A stretch of 64,000 bases of DNA from Candidatus Bathyarchaeota archaeon (GTDB taxonomy: Archaea; Thermoproteota; Bathyarchaeia; Bathyarchaeales; Bathycorpusculaceae), in NCBI GenBank assembly GCA_963720565.1, contig CAVRFW010000005.1:64001-128000 (forward strand), written 5' to 3'. Below are positions 62,105 to 64,000 of the stretch, piece after piece. The notes under the pieces are model-generated. The model made no database searches and was not told the origin of the DNA. It saw nothing but the letters and a program-made list of their open reading frames with translations. Both the position numbers and the translations under genes were made by a program. How positions within the stretch are numbered: the first letter of the stretch is position 1; the number at the start of each line of letters is the position of its first letter.

Positions 62105-62953
62105 GTGGAAAAAGTGTTCAAAAGCGTGGGAATTGTCGCTCGTTACGATAGAAAACAAGCGATAAAGCTCGCGGAAGACCTTGGAAAGTACCTTAGCAGG
62201 AAGGGGTTAGAAGTCTATATTGAAGACACGCTTGCGGGAAAAATGAACACTGAAGAGAAACTGGTTCCGCTCGCCAACATGAAAACTGATTTCATAATTT
62301 CAATCGGCGGAGACGGCACTATTCTGCGAACCTGTATCACAGTACCCAAACCTGAACCGCCAATACTGTCCATTAACATGGGTGTTAGGGGATTCCTCAC
62401 AGAGGTGGAACCAAATGACGCTTTTAAGGCAACAGAAAAATGCCTAAAGGGCGAGTACGAAATAGAGAAATGCACCAAACTCGCAGTCTCCGCAGACGAG
62501 GCAATATTACCTGACGCCCTTAACGATGTTGTCATTTCAGCAGGAGAACCTTCAAAGATACTGTATGCGCAGATATTCAAAAACGGTAAGCCAATTCTCA
62601 AGTGTCAAGCAGACGGCCTCATAGTTTCTACTCAGACGGGCTCTACGGGCTATTCACTATCGGCAGGGGGTCCAGTTCTCGATCAGGAAGTGGACGCGTT
62701 TGTCCTGACCCCCATCTGCTCCTTAACAGTCTTCCGTTCGTTAGTGTTCCCAGCAGATTCCGAAGTCACAATAAAAACGAGCAGACCAAAGAAAATGCTC
62801 GTCTTAATTGACGGCAACTACAGGCAACTTGCAACTGCAAAAGAACCAACGATAACGGTCACACGGTCCAAAAATCAGACATCTTTCATCAGATTTGAAG
62901 GAGATTTCTACAATCGCCTTCGCTCCAGATTGCTGTTTAAAGGAATGGGATGA
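62105..62953 (+). CDS. nadK: NAD kinase
   Basis: GGDGT, GFL, ALND, ADGLIVST.TGSTGYSLSAGGP. Confidence 0.93.
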   Translation: MEKVFKSVGIVARYDRKQAIKLAEDLGKYLSRKGLEVYIEDTLAGKMNTEEKLVPLANMKTDFIISIGGDGTILRTCITVPKPEPPILSINMGVRGFLTEVEPNDAFKATEKCLKGEYEIEKCTKLAVSADEAILPDALNDVVISAGEPSKILYAQIFKNGKPILKCQADGLIVSTQTGSTGYSLSAGGPVLDQEVDAFVLTPICSLTVFRSLVFPADSEVTIKTSRPKKMLVLIDGNYRQLATAKEPTITVTRSKNQTSFIRFEGDFYNRLRSRLLFKGMG

Positions 62954-63494
62954 AGAATCCAAAAAAACACCACGAGCAAACGGATATTGGTGTTGGATAC
63001 ATCTGCTTTTCTATCAGGTTTCGACCCACTATCTGTGAATGACGATCAATTCACAGTCCCCAATGTAGAACAGGAAATAAGAACCAACACGATTACGTGG
63101 ATACGGTTTAGAACGGCTGTTGAGAGCGGGAAAATAAAAATCAGACCACCAGCCGAAAAATTCTGGAGCAAAATCAAAACCTCGGCAAACAAGGTTGGTG
63201 ACGCTTTCTTCCTGTCGGAAACAGACCTGCAACTCTTAGCTTTGGCTTTGGAGCTTAAAGAATTAGGCCTCGACCCCCTAATAATAACCGATGATTATTC
63301 CATACAAAACGTAGCCACCCAAGTGGAGATTCAATTCGCATCTCTCGTCACCTACGGAATCCGCCGCCTTCTGACTTGGATCAGATATTGTCCCGCTTGC
63401 CATAAGGAGTATGCTGCAGACTACTAGCACCACAAAGTGCACGGTATGCGACACCGATTTGAAGAGGAAGCCGCTAAAATCACGAAGAACTTGA
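62950..63494 (+). CDS. nob1: Nob1-family PIN endonuclease (frameshifts ~62965 and ~63425)
   Basis: VLDTSAF, LSETD, TDDYSIQN, CPAC...CTVC in shifted frame. Confidence 0.88.
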
Positions 63495-63578
63495 AGAATA
63501 CTCAACAATGCTCAATAATCTTCCATCTTAGATAGTGTGCGCCACTATGCACTATTCTGCCAATTAGGGGTTTCTACA

Positions 63579-64000
63579 TTACATAAGGGCTAGGAGAATT
63601 ATCAAACCCAGACCCTCACAACCGAAAATCGGAACAACCGTCTGCTTTGCCCTCTGAAGAGCCTTGTCAACAAGCAGTGACAACGATTCTATTCGTGTCT
63701 TTCCGATAACTCTGACCCCTGGGACTGTAAGGCGTCGGCATCCGGCCTTGCAATTTTCAAGGTTTCCTGCTGCGACTTTCGCAGCTTCTTGGATGTAATC
63801 GATTAGAAGCTCATGGTCCATGACCTCACCCACAGGGTGATATCCCCGCCGTCCAAGTACTACCGCGCTTACGGCGTGTGTATCTGTGGTGAAAACCTCG
63901 CCATCGTGGAAACCGGCAGAGTTCAGCTCTTGCAAGATTTCTTCGCGTAACCCTGTGATCATGTTGTTTCCATCGATGATAACGTATGCTGTTTTCTGCT
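63579..64000 (-). CDS. DUF2070-family membrane protein, C-terminal part (runs off window)
   Basis: IDGNNM, TTDTH, YHPVG, C-terminal TM. Confidence 0.75.
   Translation of the reverse strand, partial: QKTAYVIIDGNNMITGLREEILQELNSAGFHDGEVFTTDTHAVSAVVLGRRGYHPVGEVMDHELLIDYIQEAAKVAAGNLENCKAGCRRLTVPGVRVIGKTRIESLSLLVDKALQRAKQTVVPIFGCEGLGLIILLALM

Noticed and set aside
14967..63494. Many frameshifts (hydrogenase ~15330/~16545, ~34505, rpl23, dephospho-CoA kinase, carboxypeptidase, pus10, nob1) as programmed frameshifting or pseudogenisation
   Set aside because: They hit essential genes at scattered positions with no shared slippery motif; assembly indel errors are the simplest explanation

Overview
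Archaeal chromosome segment, most consistent with Bathyarchaeia/TACK lineage. This is inferred from gene content: class I LysRS, Fae-Hps, group 3b-like hydrogenase, aIF2g, Spt4, Pus10 and eukaryote-like r-proteins. The region ~32-64 kb is core housekeeping (lysS, tmk, tRNA-Glu, rpl3-rpl4-rpl23-rpl2-rps19, rps24e/27ae, rpoE'/spt4, aIF2g, rps6e, fae-hps, ksgA, rpo4, rpl21e, pus10, srp54, aIF5A, NAD kinase, nob1). The region ~1-30 kb is accessory. It contains an ~11.7-kb island bounded by a 22/25-nt direct repeat matching the 5' end and D-arm of tRNA-Arg(GCG). A tyrosine-integrase remnant, not shown intact by the ORF track, abuts the tRNA. The island looks like a mosaic of small gene modules: TBP, a Cren7-like protein, two chaperonins, Hsp20, an RHH protein and many tiny zinc-finger ORFs. 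Module junctions are repeatedly marked by alternating (CG)3-4 runs. Truncation points and the limits of a duplicated module coincide with these runs, suggesting an undescribed cassette capture or shuffling process. A three-member family of 31-aa zinc-finger micro-proteins is also present. Many single-base frameshifts, including in essential genes, point to assembly indel errors, so frameshift-based claims are weak.
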